From the NCBI GenBank assembly GCA_964106645.2, contig OZ067051.1: a DNA stretch of 64,000 bases, one strand, 5' to 3'. This document shows, piece by piece, positions 26,541 to 38,992 of the stretch; the first letter of the stretch is position 1; every line of letters begins with the position of its first letter. This stretch comes from Podarcis pityusensis. Lineage: Eukaryota. The translations under genes and the position numbers were made by a program. Below the pieces are notes generated by a model that made no database searches, was not told the origin of the DNA, and saw nothing but the letters and a program-made list of their open reading frames with translations.

Positions 26541-27589
26541 GTAGGCAGCGTGACCCTCTTGTAGAGTTGGATTCTGGGACAGGCCTGCTAATAGCTGCTG
26601 GCATTTCAGCTCCAGCCGCTGTCTGTCTTTATGATATGCCTCCTGTAGGTCTTTACATGCAGTCCTAAGAGAATCCTGCTCTTCTTTATGCTGCCAAATG
26701 CCAAGGTGACTCCTGAGCAGTTTACACACACTGCTTAGAAATGCTGATGACTGAGCAGCATATAAATGCAGTTAAATAGATAAAAGAAATAAATAAAACA
26801 TAGAAATCAATAGCACAGCATTGTTAAAATGCTGAAGAATTTTTAAAATACACCATAATTCAAATATACTATAAAGCAATCCCATTATAGCACCAAAATA
26901 TAAACACCAGTGATTACAATATGCACCCTTGATTATGGGTGTTGTGCTTCCAATGGAGACAATAGAAAGATGCTTTATACCGAATCAGGCCACTGGTCTG
27001 TCTTGCTCAGTATTTCCTTCACTGACTGGCAGTGACAGCGGAAGTGGTAGGGCAGGCATGCAAGCTCTTACCTGTGGGCCAAAGCAGGCAAGGATCCTAA
27101 TTTGACCCAGGAAGCCCTATTTCCTCATCTGTCCCACACTGATGTGATATGACCTCAGGCAAAGCCAGCTGCAAAGGACTAATGAGCCGGAAAGTGCACC
27201 TCTGATTGTTTATCTGCAACTGGAATTTGTATTTGGCACCTTTGTAAATTTGCTGTGAAATGCAATCCAAGGTAAATCTGTACCCGCAGCAAGCGATATT
27301 TACATTCAGCACTAAAAGCAGGTATGCTGGGTTTGGTCCTGCCCACCTGTCAAAGTCACCGACAGCAGATGGGGATGCCATGATCTTGCCCACTTGTCAG
27401 ATCCAGCCTCCCACCCCTGCAGTAGAACATATTACTTGTAAGGTTTGGCAGGCTGGATGAGGGTTAGAACTTTCCAAATCAGATGTCTTCAGACTCCTTA
27501 TTTGTTCTGAAGGACTGTATCCAAAAAGGACGTTCTACTTTTCCTTTGACTAGCTCAAAGTAGATAACAATAAGAAGTTAGAAACAAAT

Positions 27590-29255
27590 AAACATTTGTA
27601 AAAAACAAAAAAGAAGAAACGTTTCTTTTGGGAATTAAAGGAACAGAACTACCTAAACTCCTTGGTGTGTGGAGTGCCTCAGGGTGCGATTCTCTCCCCG
27701 ATGCTTTTTAACATCTTTATGCGCCCCCTCGCCCAGCTTGTCCGGAGTTTTGGGCTGGGTTGCCATCAGTATGCTGATGACACCCAACTCTATCTGTTGA
27801 TGGATGGCCATCCTGACTCGGCCCCAGACACACTGACCAGATGTCTGGAAGCTGTGGCTGGATGGTTACGTGGGAGCCGGTTGAAGTTAAATCCTTCGAA
27901 GACAGAGGTCCTCTGGCTGGGGCGGGACGATATGGGATTGAGGGGGCAACTCCCATCTCTTGCGGGGGTGCAATTAGTGCCAGCACCGTCCGTTAAGAGT
28001 TTGGGTGTAATCTTCGATACCTCCCTTTCTATGGAGGCGCAGATTACAGCTATAACAAAGGCGGCATTTTTTCATCTCCGCCAAGCTAAGCAGTTGGCCC
28101 CTTATCTCTCTCGCCCTGACCTAGCCACTGTGATCCATGCGACGGTCACCTCCAGACTGGATTATTGTAACTCGCTCTACGTGGGGCTGCCTTTGAGACT
28201 GACCCAGAAACTCCAGCGGGTGCAGAATGCCGCGGCGAGACTCCTTATGGGGTCTTCGCTGCGAGATCACATTCATCCGGTATTATACCAGCTGCACTGG
28301 CTCCCGGTGGAGTACAGGATCAGGTTTAAGGTGCTGGTTTTAACCTTTAAAGCCCTATACGGCCTAGGACCCTCGTACCTACGGGACCGCCTCTCCTGGT
28401 ATGCCCCACAGAGAAACCTACGGTCTGCAAATAATAACATCCTCAAGGTCCCAGGCCTCAGAGAGGTTAGGCTGGCCTCAACTAGAGCCAGGGCCTTCTC
28501 GGCTGCGGCTCCAATCTGGTGGAATGCTCTGTCACAAGAGACTAGGGCCCTGCGGGACTTGACATCTTTCCGCAGGGCCTGCAAGACAGAGTTGTTCCGC
28601 CAGGCCTTTGATCAGGGCACAGCCTGACTCCCTCCTCTGGCAACCTGCACAGAACTTTGCTTAATTGGTTGCCATCAATTTGATTTAATTAATTTTTATA
28701 ATGAAATATTTTTAGATTGTGTGATTATTTGATTGTTGTTAGCCGCCCTGAGCCCGGCTTCGGCTGGGGAGGGCGGGATATAAATAAAATTTATTATTAT
28801 TATTATTATTATTATAAACTGCATAGAAACTTATTCATGTATGCTACTGCAGTGGCAAGAATGTTACTCGCCCAAAAATGGAAAGAAGCAGAAGTCCCAG
28901 CAAAGGAAGAATGAGTACAAAAACTTATGGAATATGCAGAAATGGCGAAACTTACCGGAAGAATAAGAAATCAAGATAACAAACTTTTTATAAAAGAATA
29001 GAATTGGTTTATTGAATATTTACAGATAAATTGTAAACAGATAAGAACATTGGCAGATTAGTGTAATAACCTGCAGTTTCATAAGAGTATATATTTAAAG
29101 TAGATGAATAAATGAGCAGATTAAGTTAATTTGGATATGCAGAAGATATTTTTTTAAAATTAAGGAACTGCAGAAAGAGGGGGAAGGAAGTCAAGTTTTG
29201 AAATGTTAAAATGATTGTAAAATTAGTGAAATGTATAAACCTGAAAATCATTTTT
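27590..29255 (+). mobile_element. L1-clade LINE 3' remnant, interrupted by the L2 insertion
   Basis: Removing the L2 and one TSD copy restores FLLGIKGTELPKLHRNLFMYATAVARMLLAQKWKEAEVPAKEE*VQKLMEYAEMAKLTGRIRNQD, a typical non-mammalian L1 ORF2 C-terminus. Outer boundaries are approximate. Confidence 0.75.
27660..28814 (+). mobile_element. Young 5'-truncated L2-clade LINE (RT ORF 27662-28627, 3' stem-loop, (TAT)n tail)
   Basis: Uninterrupted 321-aa ORF with GVPQG, YADD, LNPSKTE, DYCNSL and HWLPV motifs; TSD taaact at 27654-27659 and 28815-28820. Confidence 0.93.
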
Positions 29256-29487
29256 TAAACATTTAATTGCTAAAAGCAATTGATCACAACATCAGGCCCC
29301 AAAATGTCTTCCACCAACATTACTTATAAATGGGCAAAATGGGACACACGTTCCCATCCTTTCCCTTTTGTGCATAGATTCTGTGCATCCAACTTAAAGC
29401 AGGGTTTATGTTCAAGATAGCAGAGGATTCTGTATATTATTGAGTCCCACTTTTCCTCATTTCCTTGCCTCTTATCTCCTCCCACAG

Positions 29488-29580
29488 ACTGGTCAAGGTA
29501 ACTCTATATGGGTCCCAGATTAAACTCTACAATATTGAAACTGCTGTGCCATCTGTCCTGAAACCTGACCTTATTGATGT
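29488..29580 (+). CDS. XPO6: Exportin-6 exon 14 (LVKVTLYGSQIKLYNIETAVPSVLKPDLIDV)
   Basis: cag/gtgag; 93 nt. Confidence 0.96.
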
Positions 29581-30384
29581 GTGAGTATGATATAATAATA
29601 AAAAATGCAGTGTTAGAAAGTGTTTTGGAAATGCTCACTTGAAGTCTGGTTCCTTACTGAAGCCAAAAGACATGTTTTGTACCTATGCAAGGGAACTCTC
29701 TAGAGTTCTTCACCCTGCAGTTGTTGATAGTGATGGGGGTTGCGAAAGATCTTTCCTGCACAGGAAATCAGAGGGGCCCAGCAGAGTCTGAATGACCACA
29801 GCCCAGCCCCACCAGACGTCCCTTCCCAGCTAGCGATCCTCCTTATCCCAAGGCTAAACAATGCGCCCAAAGTTTTGCTTCTCCATGTCCTGTGGGAGGG
29901 AGTTGCACGGTCAGAGTGCCACTGTGGTCTGTGCAGCTTCTGTAGCAGCTTGTCAACAGTCCTTTTAATAGATTATGGCATTGCTAGGAATGTCAGATGT
30001 TTTCACTCCTTGACTCCATAGGCCCAGCTCATGTGTCTCATATCCTTTCCTCTGTGTTGCTCACTTCCTCATGATGCAACTGCCCCAACCAAATGATGTC
30101 ATGGACTGCTATGACCTGAGCCCAGCCAACCAGTTTCGCAGAGCCTACATGATGCAGCCTTTCTCAGCCTTGGGTTGACTAGTGGTCAGGGATGATGGGA
30201 GTTGTAGTCCAACAACATCTGGGGACCCAGGTTGAGAAAGGCTGGATTAGCATGTTAGACCTAGGAAGCTAGGGTTCTAGTCAGATACACAACTGGAAAT
30301 GAGTAGACCTGAAGATTATTGGTCTTGTGTACTTCTATTCCTTTCATCTTACATTTGAGATTCTGTGTCTCTCTCTTCCTCTAG

Positions 30385-30529
30385 GCATGCACAATCCCTT
30401 GCAGCCCTGCAGGCTTACTGTCACTGGCTAGCACAGTTCTATGGTGAAGTTCATCGGCAAAACCCCACACAATTTGTCTCTCTCGTCTCTACTGCCCTGG
30501 AAGCAATCACTCCACTAATCAGTTCTAAG
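30385..30529 (+). CDS. XPO6: Exportin-6 exon 15 (HAQSLAALQAYCHWLAQF...PLISSK)
   Basis: tag/gtac; 145 nt. Confidence 0.96.
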
Positions 30530-31306
30530 GTACAATGCATGACCCAGCGGCATCAGCCATTGTGTACAAAACCAAGCCTTGAAACTATCCCTCTTTTGCC
30601 GGGCAAGGTGGCCATTCTTGTGCAGGGGACGTAAATTATTGGTCAATGTGTATAATGGGAAGCTGCCTCATTTGAACTGTCAGTAGTGAACTGCTGCTGG
30701 GTTGAGCTACCATTTTGCAGCAGTACGAGCTTCCCTTTCTTGGGTGGAAGGTGATCTTTCAAAGCAAGTGCTCAGGAGAACAAAAGACTAGAGATCACCA
30801 TTCAAAAAAACAGAACCAGAGCATGAAAACTTTGCCTCCAACCTGGTTCTCCTCTGTCCATCCTGTGCTGTTTAGAGCAGTGGTTGAGCTGCAGTCCTCT
30901 CCAAAACTTTTCAGGTTGGGTTCTGGCTGCTTCTGTCTTTTGTCTTCCTTGTCGCCAATTGGGGAGGCTGGCTTAGCTTTTTGATAAATTGCTCTCCCTC
31001 AGAACTCCTGAGAGGTCTTAAACTTCTTGCTGCCTCTTGTAATCATGGGCTGAAAGAGAAGCGTAAGCAGTATTCTGGCTAGGTTATTGTTGCTGCTGAT
31101 TGACTCCCCATTCATAAGCTGTTGAAGAGGTTCCAGAAGACCAGTGCATGTCCTTCAGCTGCCCCTCCGTGGAGTAGCAGCCACAACAAACCTGTTCACT
31201 CTTATGTACCGTTTCTGAATCTTCTGGATCAAACCCTTCTGTTGATTCAGTTACAAAAGAGGCTGAAGATCTCTGTCCTCCTGCCCCCCCCCCCCGCCCT
31301 GCTCAG

Positions 31307-31453
31307 GTACAAGAGAAGTTACTGTTGTCCTCCTGCCACCTGCTCGTCTCCTTGGCCACCACAGTACGGCCCGTGTTCCTTATCAGCATCCCAGCTGTCC
31401 AGAAAATGTTCAACAGGATCACAGATACTTCTGCTCAGCGCCTCCCTGATAAG
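31307..31453 (+). CDS. XPO6: Exportin-6 exon 16 (VQEKLLLSSCHLLVSLATTVRPVF...RLPDK)
   Basis: cag/gtac; 147 nt. Confidence 0.96.
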
Positions 31454-31663
31454 GTACAGTGGGACTTAGTGAGCGAGCTGCCATTGTATTGGCCTGGATA
31501 GCGGAGCAACACCACTGCACGTCCGTTGACTGTAGATGGTTCAGACACAAGAAGTAATTCTGGGTAGCTTAGAAGTGGCCTGCTTCCGATCTCACAGCTG
31601 CTTCCAATAAAGAGAGGGGAGAGGAGCAGCATGCATCTGAACCACGCACGTGTGTTTTGCTTA

Positions 31664-31907
31664 GAGCCAGTGTGGTGTAGTGGTTAAGAGCGGTAGACTC
31701 GTAATCTGGTGAACCGGGTTCGCTTCCCCGCTCCTCCACATGCAGCTGCTGGGTGATCTTGGGCTAGTCACACTTCTCTGAAGTCTCTCAGCCTCACTCA
31801 AAGAGTGTTTGTTGTGGGGGAGGAAAGGAAAGGAGATTGTTAGCTGCTTTGAGACTCCTTAGGGTAGTGATAAAATGGGATATCAAATCCAAACTCCTCT
31901 TCTTTTT
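31664..31907 (+). mobile_element. tRNA-derived SINE (Squam3-like) with L2-like 3' end and TC-rich tail
   Basis: Box A tggtgtagtgg, box B gggttcgcttcc, tail ctcctcttcttttt. Confidence 0.8.
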
Positions 31908-32120
31908 AGAGCTCAGTAAGCCTGTTGACTCTAAGCTCTTTGGCTCTGCTGTTGGCATGTCTGTGCAGTGTAGTGTCAAGGCAACCCCATCTAAATGGTT
32001 GGACACCAGCATCCTTTTCCCTTTCGGAGCTGCTGATTGTGTTTCCTCAGCTCCTTCTCCTCTCTCTCCCTCCTTACCTCTTTTCTTTTCTTTTTGTTTG
32101 ATCTGTCTTATTCTCCGCAG

Positions 32121-32310
32121 GCTCAGATACTCGTGTGCCGAGCGCTCTCAAATATCCTGCTGCTGCCATGGCCAAACCTCCCAGAAAGTGAACAGCAGTG
32201 GGCCATTCGCTCGACTAACCATGCTAGCCTAATCTCCGCCCTTACCAGGGATTACCGCAGCCTGAAATCCAGTGCCATCTTGCCCCAGAGGAAAATACAG
32301 CAGGACGATA
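32121..32310 (+). CDS. XPO6: Exportin-6 exon 17 (AQILVCRALSNILLLPWPNLPE...KIQQDD)
   Basis: cag/gtaag; 190 nt. Confidence 0.96.
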
Positions 32311-33575
32311 GTAAGTTCCCCCAATACAGGCCTTGTTAGCAACGGCAGAGTAACTGCTAGCACAGTCGGAACAGAAGGATCAGTAAACCTCTCTGACATT
32401 CTGGCCAAAGTATTCACATAGCAGCTTTGCATAACTGATGTCTCAGTTCCCAATGGTCCATTGGCAATTAACCCTTACTTATAGCTGTGAGTAACATTGA
32501 GATCTTGAAGTCCCCCTAAGTCCAGGAGAGGTTGCCATCAGTTTTGTTTCCCTTCCAGCTGGTCCTTCTGGGGAAAATAAGGGGATTGGTGCTGGGGGTT
32601 GCGAGGTTTAGACAAATGCATCTCTCGTACTCTGTAAAGTGTCGTGCTCACTAATGGTACTATATAAATACAGTCATCCCCCCACTTGTGTGTGACTGTG
32701 TATACATGTGGCACCAGGCAGTCAATTCCTAACCTGAAATGGCAAGAGACAGCTGGAAAGTCCTTGTGGCTCTCAAGGAAACCTTCCTCAGAGCCTGAAA
32801 AGGATGTCAGTGAGCCAAAAGTCCAGGAAAAAAATACTCCAAGGGCTCCAAAATGGCATGTGGGAGCTCTCGCTGATGCTATGGTACCCCTTCAACAGCT
32901 GTTTGGCAGGAAGCAGTGTGTACTGCAGCAGGCTCCCCACTTACCCACTTACCTTGCGCAGCACCTCAATTAAGGTTTTAAATCATAATTCAACCTGTGG
33001 TTGGTGGTTGAGGGGGAGAAGGAAAGGATTTAGGCACTTTTGCAACCGCATGTTTAATCAGGGGTTTAAAGCCTAATTAAACACTTGATCGGTGTGGGGA
33101 GGGAATAAGGAGGCAATGTCTCTACCGCCATCATTTCCGCCTCCATTTTCCACCAACCAGCTGCTTCCTCGTTTGGCAGCCCTGGATCACTTCAGATGGA
33201 TCCAACCTGGAGCAGTTTGGTGCTGCCTAGACAAATCCTGGATTGGCCCAATTTGGTTTGGGATCCTGTATTTGTCCAGACAGGCTGCACAACTCTGGTG
33301 ATTATGCTGCGTCTCTTCAGAGACAGGACAGACTGACCCATTCTCAGTAGAAGCTGTTTAGGAGGAGGCAAGGACAGCGTAGGGCATCTTACAGAGATGC
33401 ACCTCTGGGATGGGTGTCTTGGGTCTACATTTTGTAATTTCCCATGGAAAACCTAGCCATTTTCTCACAGCAAATGGTTTGGGAATTTCGGGCTACCACC
33501 TCTTAACTTTTATCTATTTTCACCACCACTGGTGCCCTGGGCTGATGGTTTGAATGTCCTCTCTTGATTTTGCAG

Positions 33576-33731
33576 CCAAGACAGTTATCCATCAGACTCT
33601 CAGCGTCTTGGAAGATATCGTGGAAAGCATCTCTGGGGAAGCCACCAAGTCCCGCCAGCTCTGCTACCAGTCACTACAGGAGTCTGTGCAGGTCTCGCTA
33701 GCCCTCTTCCCAGCTTTCATTCATCAGTCAG
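33576..33731 (+). CDS. XPO6: Exportin-6 exon 18 (TKTVIHQTLSVLEDIVE...FPAFIHQS)
   Basis: cag/gtat; 156 nt. Confidence 0.96.
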
Positions 33732-33952
33732 GTATAATCACAGGGCAGCCTTTCCAGGCGTGGGTCATTCAGGAGCTCTCACCTGTACTTGGCAAGAAGT
33801 CCCATCGGGCTGCCATGGTCGTACAGGCGCTGCCGGCGCCACATTAATTCCTGCCCCCCCTACCCACACTTGTGTTGAGAATATTCATCAGGAATCAAGA
33901 TGTCACTATGCATGCCACTGGGCTGTCCCAACTGGTTGATCTTTCCCATGTA

Positions 33953-34210
33953 CAGTGGTACCTCGGGTTACATATGCTTCAGGTTAAATACGCTTCAGGT
34001 TACAGACGCTTCAGCTTACAGACTCTGCTAACCCAGAAATAGTACCTCGGGTTAAGAACTTTGCTTCAGGATGAGAACAGAAATTGTGCTCCAGTGGTGC
34101 AGCGGCAGTGGGAGGCCCCATAAGCTAAAGTGGTGCTTCAGGTTAAGAACAGTTTCAGGTTAAGAACGGACCTCCGGAATGATTTAAGTACATAACCAGA
34201 GGTACCACTG
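33953..34210. mobile_element. Tc1/mariner-type MITE, copy 1
   Basis: TIR CAGTGGTACCTC...GAGGTACCACTG; TA target duplication. Confidence 0.9.
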
Positions 34211-35851
34211 TACAGGGAACAATTTGAACACAGGTCCTAGCAGGTTTCACTGCAGTGAAGAAAATCTGAACGAGGCTTTCGAACTAAATGTGGGTGGTTT
34301 GCAAAGGTGACTCGTTAATTTGAGCAAGCAGAAATTAAGGGCAACCCCAAATGGTTTTTTACGTTGACTTTAACTGTCATTTCATTTTGAGTGGGATTAA
34401 ATTTGCTTCTGCTTCGTCTTTTGTATTTTATTGTACTTACAATGGCCTGTGGCTACAAGCAAGAAATGCTTATCATATTGTGCCCAGGTAAATGTTGGGA
34501 ATTTGCAATGCAGGGGATCCAAGAATTCAACTTCCTAGCTGTACCAGCTTAAACCCAACCAGTCACGATCCGCTCTTTCTGGAGGAATGCTTGCTTTGTC
34601 TCAGCCAGTAGGAATCTTTATTATCTGGTGGCCATCACTAAATTGGAGAAATAACTCTCACCTGCTCAGTCCTCCAGGTTCCCTGAGATCCAAGGTGTCA
34701 GGGGGCAATAATTTGGGTGGAGAAGGGCGAAAAGAGCTAAAATATATTGTGTGTAAATTATTTTATGCCTCTGAACTTTAAAACAACCTTGGTCTGACAC
34801 TGTATAAGGCAGATTCCTATGTTCCTACATATGTAAGAGGTCTGTGGTTTTTTGCTCAGGTGCCTCATGCGGTGCCGAACTTCAGTTTTGATCCTGCATT
34901 GCTAAGTCTTAGCACTTGGCTCTGTATGTTTCCAGCCAGCACATGCCCTCTTCTTGAGTACCTACAGAAAACATGTTGGATTGCAATCCAAGGATACAAC
35001 TCTAGATTACGACCCATAGCCCACTTGTAATTTGTTTATTTGTTTTAAATTGTATGTTGCTTTTCCATATAAATTTGCTAAAAGCAGCTTTGTTACTGAA
35101 AGCAGTAACAAAAATACAAATACAACGCTTCATTACAATAGCAATCAAAAATTCTGTCATTTCAAACATAACATGACCATCAAATAGCTTGATTTATCTG
35201 AATGTTATAATATTTAAAAATGATAATAAAACAAGCTATTGATTGTTAAAACGGATCAATTAATGACACATAAACATTCCAATGCAATCATATATCAGCA
35301 CCAAGCTAAGCAGCAGCCACTGCATGGCAGTACTATACCAAATGGTACAAAAACTAAAAAGTGTATAAAATGTTTCATAGTGGCTGAGCAAGTTAATTGC
35401 TGTCACACAAAACCTCGCATCCAACCCTAAACTGTGGTCCAACATTGGTGCTAAAAATCAACCTAGAGCAAGGGTGTGAGCCCGCAAGAGGAGCAGAGCA
35501 TCTAAAATCACAAATACCTGTAAACATGACAAAAATGTGACTGTAAATGTCCAAGTGAGTAATGGGTGTGAGCCCTCCCTGAGTTCAGCATGACTTCTTT
35601 TTGAGTAGGTGCACAGCTGTAACACTAAGTATGGTTGTTCGCTAGAGGTTACTGTTCATTTCAAGTATTTATTTTATTTTATTGGTTTTTTATTTTCTAT
35701 ATGTATATAGGCCACCCTCTAACAGAGTTTAGGGTCAGGTGTCAGAGATTTTTTTTTTTACAGTCCTGCATTTCCGCAGTCAGCCACTAGAGTTCAATCT
35801 AAACCATTCTGTGCACTAATCCAGTGCCTTGCCATTGACTGTGGGGCTGTA

Positions 35852-36077
35852 CAGTGGTACCTCGGGTTACATACGCTTCAGGTTACAGACTCCGCTAACC
35901 CAGAAATAGTGCTTCAGGTTAAGAACTTTGCTTCAGGATGAGAACAGAAATCGTGCTCCGGCAGCACGTCAGCAGCAGCAGGAGGCCCCATTAGCTAAAG
36001 TGCTTCAGGTTAAGAACAGTTTCAGGTTAAGTACGGACCTCTGGAACGAATTAAGTACTTAACCCGAGGTACCACTG
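35852..36077. mobile_element. Tc1/mariner-type MITE, copy 2
   Basis: 18-bp perfect TIR CAGTGGTACCTCGGGTTA; TA target duplication. Confidence 0.92.
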
Positions 36078-36331
36078 TACATGCTATTACCCTGATAACA
36101 CTCAGAGCCTTGTCACCAGCTGCTTAGCTGTCCATTTCTCGAACCTGCTGGTTGAGGGCTAAGATGTCAAGCCTTTGGCATTAGCTGTGCAGTATGTGCC
36201 AGGGAGGATTCACTTTGCCAGTCCAGTGTCAAATAGCAAAGGTGGCTCCTGCCCAAGAACAGTCACATGTCAAAACAATGCTTTTTTTGTTAACGCTTTC
36301 CTTTTTGGCTCCTCCGCCTTCCCATTTCCAG

Positions 36332-36446
36332 ATGTGACAGATGAAATGCTGAGCTTCTTCCTCACCCTCTTTCAAGGGCTGAGGGTGCAGATGGGTGTGC
36401 CTTTCACTGAACAGGTCATACAGACGTTCCTCAACATGTTCACCAG
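36332..36446 (+). CDS. XPO6: Exportin-6 exon 19 (DVTDEMLSFFLTLFQGLRVQMGVPFTEQVIQTFLNMFTR)
   Basis: cag/gtaac; 115 nt. Confidence 0.96.
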
Positions 36447-36667
36447 GTAACCCGCTCAACTTTGTTGCTAATCTTTTGCTGCTGTTTCTTTGACACAGAA
36501 CATGAATATGTAATAATAGGATGGAGCTCGCTTTTGAGACTGGTATGTGGCTCAGATTTTAGAGGGGACGGGGAAGTCTCTATGCATTTACTGCCTGTAA
36601 ACAAATGCTCTACAGCTAGACCCAAGTCTTCCTGAAAGCTTAATTGTTTTTTGTGTTGTGCCCTTAG

Positions 36668-36839
36668 AGAGCAGCTGGCCGAGAGCATCCTACATGATGG
36701 GAGCACCGGGTGCCGAGTGGTAGAGAAATTTCTGAGGATCCTTCAGGTGGTGGTGCAAGAGCCAGGCCAAGTCTTCAAGCCTTTCTTACCCAACATCATC
36801 TCACTCTGCATGGAGCAAGTCTACCCAATCGTTGCGGAG
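36668..36839 (+). CDS. XPO6: Exportin-6 exon 20 (EQLAESILHDGSTGCRVVEKFL...YPIVAE)
   Basis: tag/gtaag; 172 nt. Confidence 0.96.
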
Positions 36840-37464
36840 GTAAGGCTGGGCGAGAGACAGAAGGGGATGGGGCAAGGCAGAAGCTCTTGCAGGGTCCGAA
36901 TCATGGGACAGCAGTGGAGCCACACCCCTGAGAAGCCCTTAGGGCTTCTCTGTAACAGATGTACACCACTTGGTGGTTTGCAGTCAGATGCACAAATAGA
37001 CTCCTTTAAAAAGGATCCATTTTTCAGACACTGCCAAGTGATCTGTCCTCGGGTGCTTTGTTCACACATGGTGAGACCAATGGCAGGGAGGAGGTAGGCA
37101 GCAGCCAAACTATCCGCGGGAATTAAAATTGTCAGGAAAGCAATGGCACTGTTTATTATTTTGCTTCCCTGTGGAAAGAAGAGGACTGAATATTGCCTGG
37201 AAATAAGCTGCCATTAAACTTTCATTGGGTGGAATATGGATTGAAAATCAGATGGTCATCTTACTTTCTTTAAAATTTTATTTTCGAGAGGGCCAGTGCT
37301 TAAAGGGTGTGCAACTGCAGCACTAACCCATGACTGCTGCCGCCTTCTGCTGCATAGCAAACGCCTCCCTCTCTGACCATCCGCCTTGGGCTGTGCTGGT
37401 AATGAGAGCCGTTCTGGCGATGGGCGTGTGGTGACTCCCTGCGTGCTTTCCCTTTGTCCCCAAG

Positions 37465-37626
37465 CGATCCTCTCCCGATGTGAAAGCTGAACTGTTTGAG
37501 CTGCTTTTCCGGGTCCTTCATCACAACTGGCGGTACTTTTTCAAGTCCAGCATTCTGGCGAGTGTCCAGAGAGGCGTAGCTGACGAGCAGATGGAGAACG
37601 AAGCACAGTTCAGCGCCATTATGCAG
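37465..37626 (+). CDS. XPO6: Exportin-6 exon 21 (RSSPDVKAELFELLFRVLHHNWRYFF...FSAIMQ)
   Basis: aag/gtacc; 162 nt. Confidence 0.95.
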
Positions 37627-38893
37627 GTACCTGGATGGGAGTCGGCTGGTGTTGTCGCTTCCTTGCTTGTGAGGGCCCAGGTGCCTCTGGCTGGCAACTG
37701 TAGGAAACGGGTAACACTGCGAAATGGGGCTCTGTTCCAATACAGCAAAATAGTTAAAACGGCTTACCGGCTGCAAGAACACAACAGTCCCTGGCTTTCC
37801 CATGAGTCCAAATGCTGCCCTGACACATTAAGGGAAGGACCTACTTGATTTGCATTGTGTTCCTTGTACACTTTGAAGGCTCAAGACCTTTTCAAAAGAG
37901 GCAGTGCTTAGTGCAACTGCATATTTTAACTTTGCGACTTCATAGAGGTGTGGAGGATGGCGATGTGATGGGAACGGCCTGTGTTATTTTAAGAAAAGCG
38001 AGTTAACTCCTTGGTCTGGATGTTCACGCAAATCTCTAGCATCTGCTTTACCAAGTAGCTATTGTGGAGGCCTCACCCGAACCCTGGAGTTACTCACTGA
38101 ACCCACTGGAGAAGTTTCTTCTCAATACACTGTTGTTCCTTCTGTACCCACACTTGTTCCTAATTCTGTTGTCTACTGAGAGCCTGTTAGTTGTTTGGGG
38201 CCATTCCAGGCAACTCCTGCTCAGGTTCCCTTCTCATTCCAAGTGCTGAACACTGGTAATTTGTAAGCAGAAGATTGCTAAAGAGCTGACAGCTCAGCAG
38301 TGGCTGATTCTAGCCAAGTGCTTCTGGCTGTTGTCCTTCCAGTTGGCTCATGCTCTTTGGGAGAGGCGCTTCTGCTTAGTGCTCTCTGAATGGCCCAGGA
38401 TGTCTGCATCCTTCTGGGGAGTTGTCTGCTTGCTGCTGCCGCCATGGTCAAAGTCCAGTCTCTAGTCTATTCAGCCATTCTCAAATTCTTGTTTAACTCC
38501 CTGAGAAGTAGGAAAAGCTCCTTGCCTGGCCCTGTTTCCTTCAAAGCCTCAGTCTGTGTTTGGAGGAGGGCCACTGAATCCCAACCATTCCTGCTTCATC
38601 TCATAACTTGATGCGAGACAGTCTCAAGGAGGTGAGATTTTACAACAAGAAAACATCCCTGACACATCGCTGTCCAGTATAGAGGTAGCCAGTCTGGAGC
38701 CGTCCAGATGTGGTCAAACTAAGACTCTTCCTCTCATCAGCCGCAACCAGTGTGGCCAATGGGCAGGGATGATGGAGGGTAGACAATATCAGGTTCCTTG
38801 TCACTGGTCCAACGGCTATTCAAAGAGCTTCTAGTTTTTGGTAACCGCCTACAATGTCTATTGTCCTGATAGGCTTTTCCCCCTGTTCCATAG

Positions 38894-38992
38894 GCATTTG
38901 GCCAATCCTTCCTGCAGCCTGACATACACCTTTTTAAACAGAACTTGTTCTATTTGGAGACTCTGAACACAAAGCAGAAGCTGTATCACAAG
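38894..38992 (+). CDS. XPO6: Exportin-6 exon 22 (AFGQSFLQPDIHLFKQNLFYLETLNTKQKLYHK)
   Basis: tag/gtaag; 99 nt. Confidence 0.96.

Noticed and set aside
25090-28814. Inverted L2 pair flanking XPO6 exon 13 driving circRNA
   Set aside because: The older copy is too diverged from the young one for stable pairing.
33953-34210. CRISPR-like array of GCTTCAGGTTA repeats
   Set aside because: Eukaryotic DNA; the units are short, irregularly spaced and internal to a TIR-bounded MITE.
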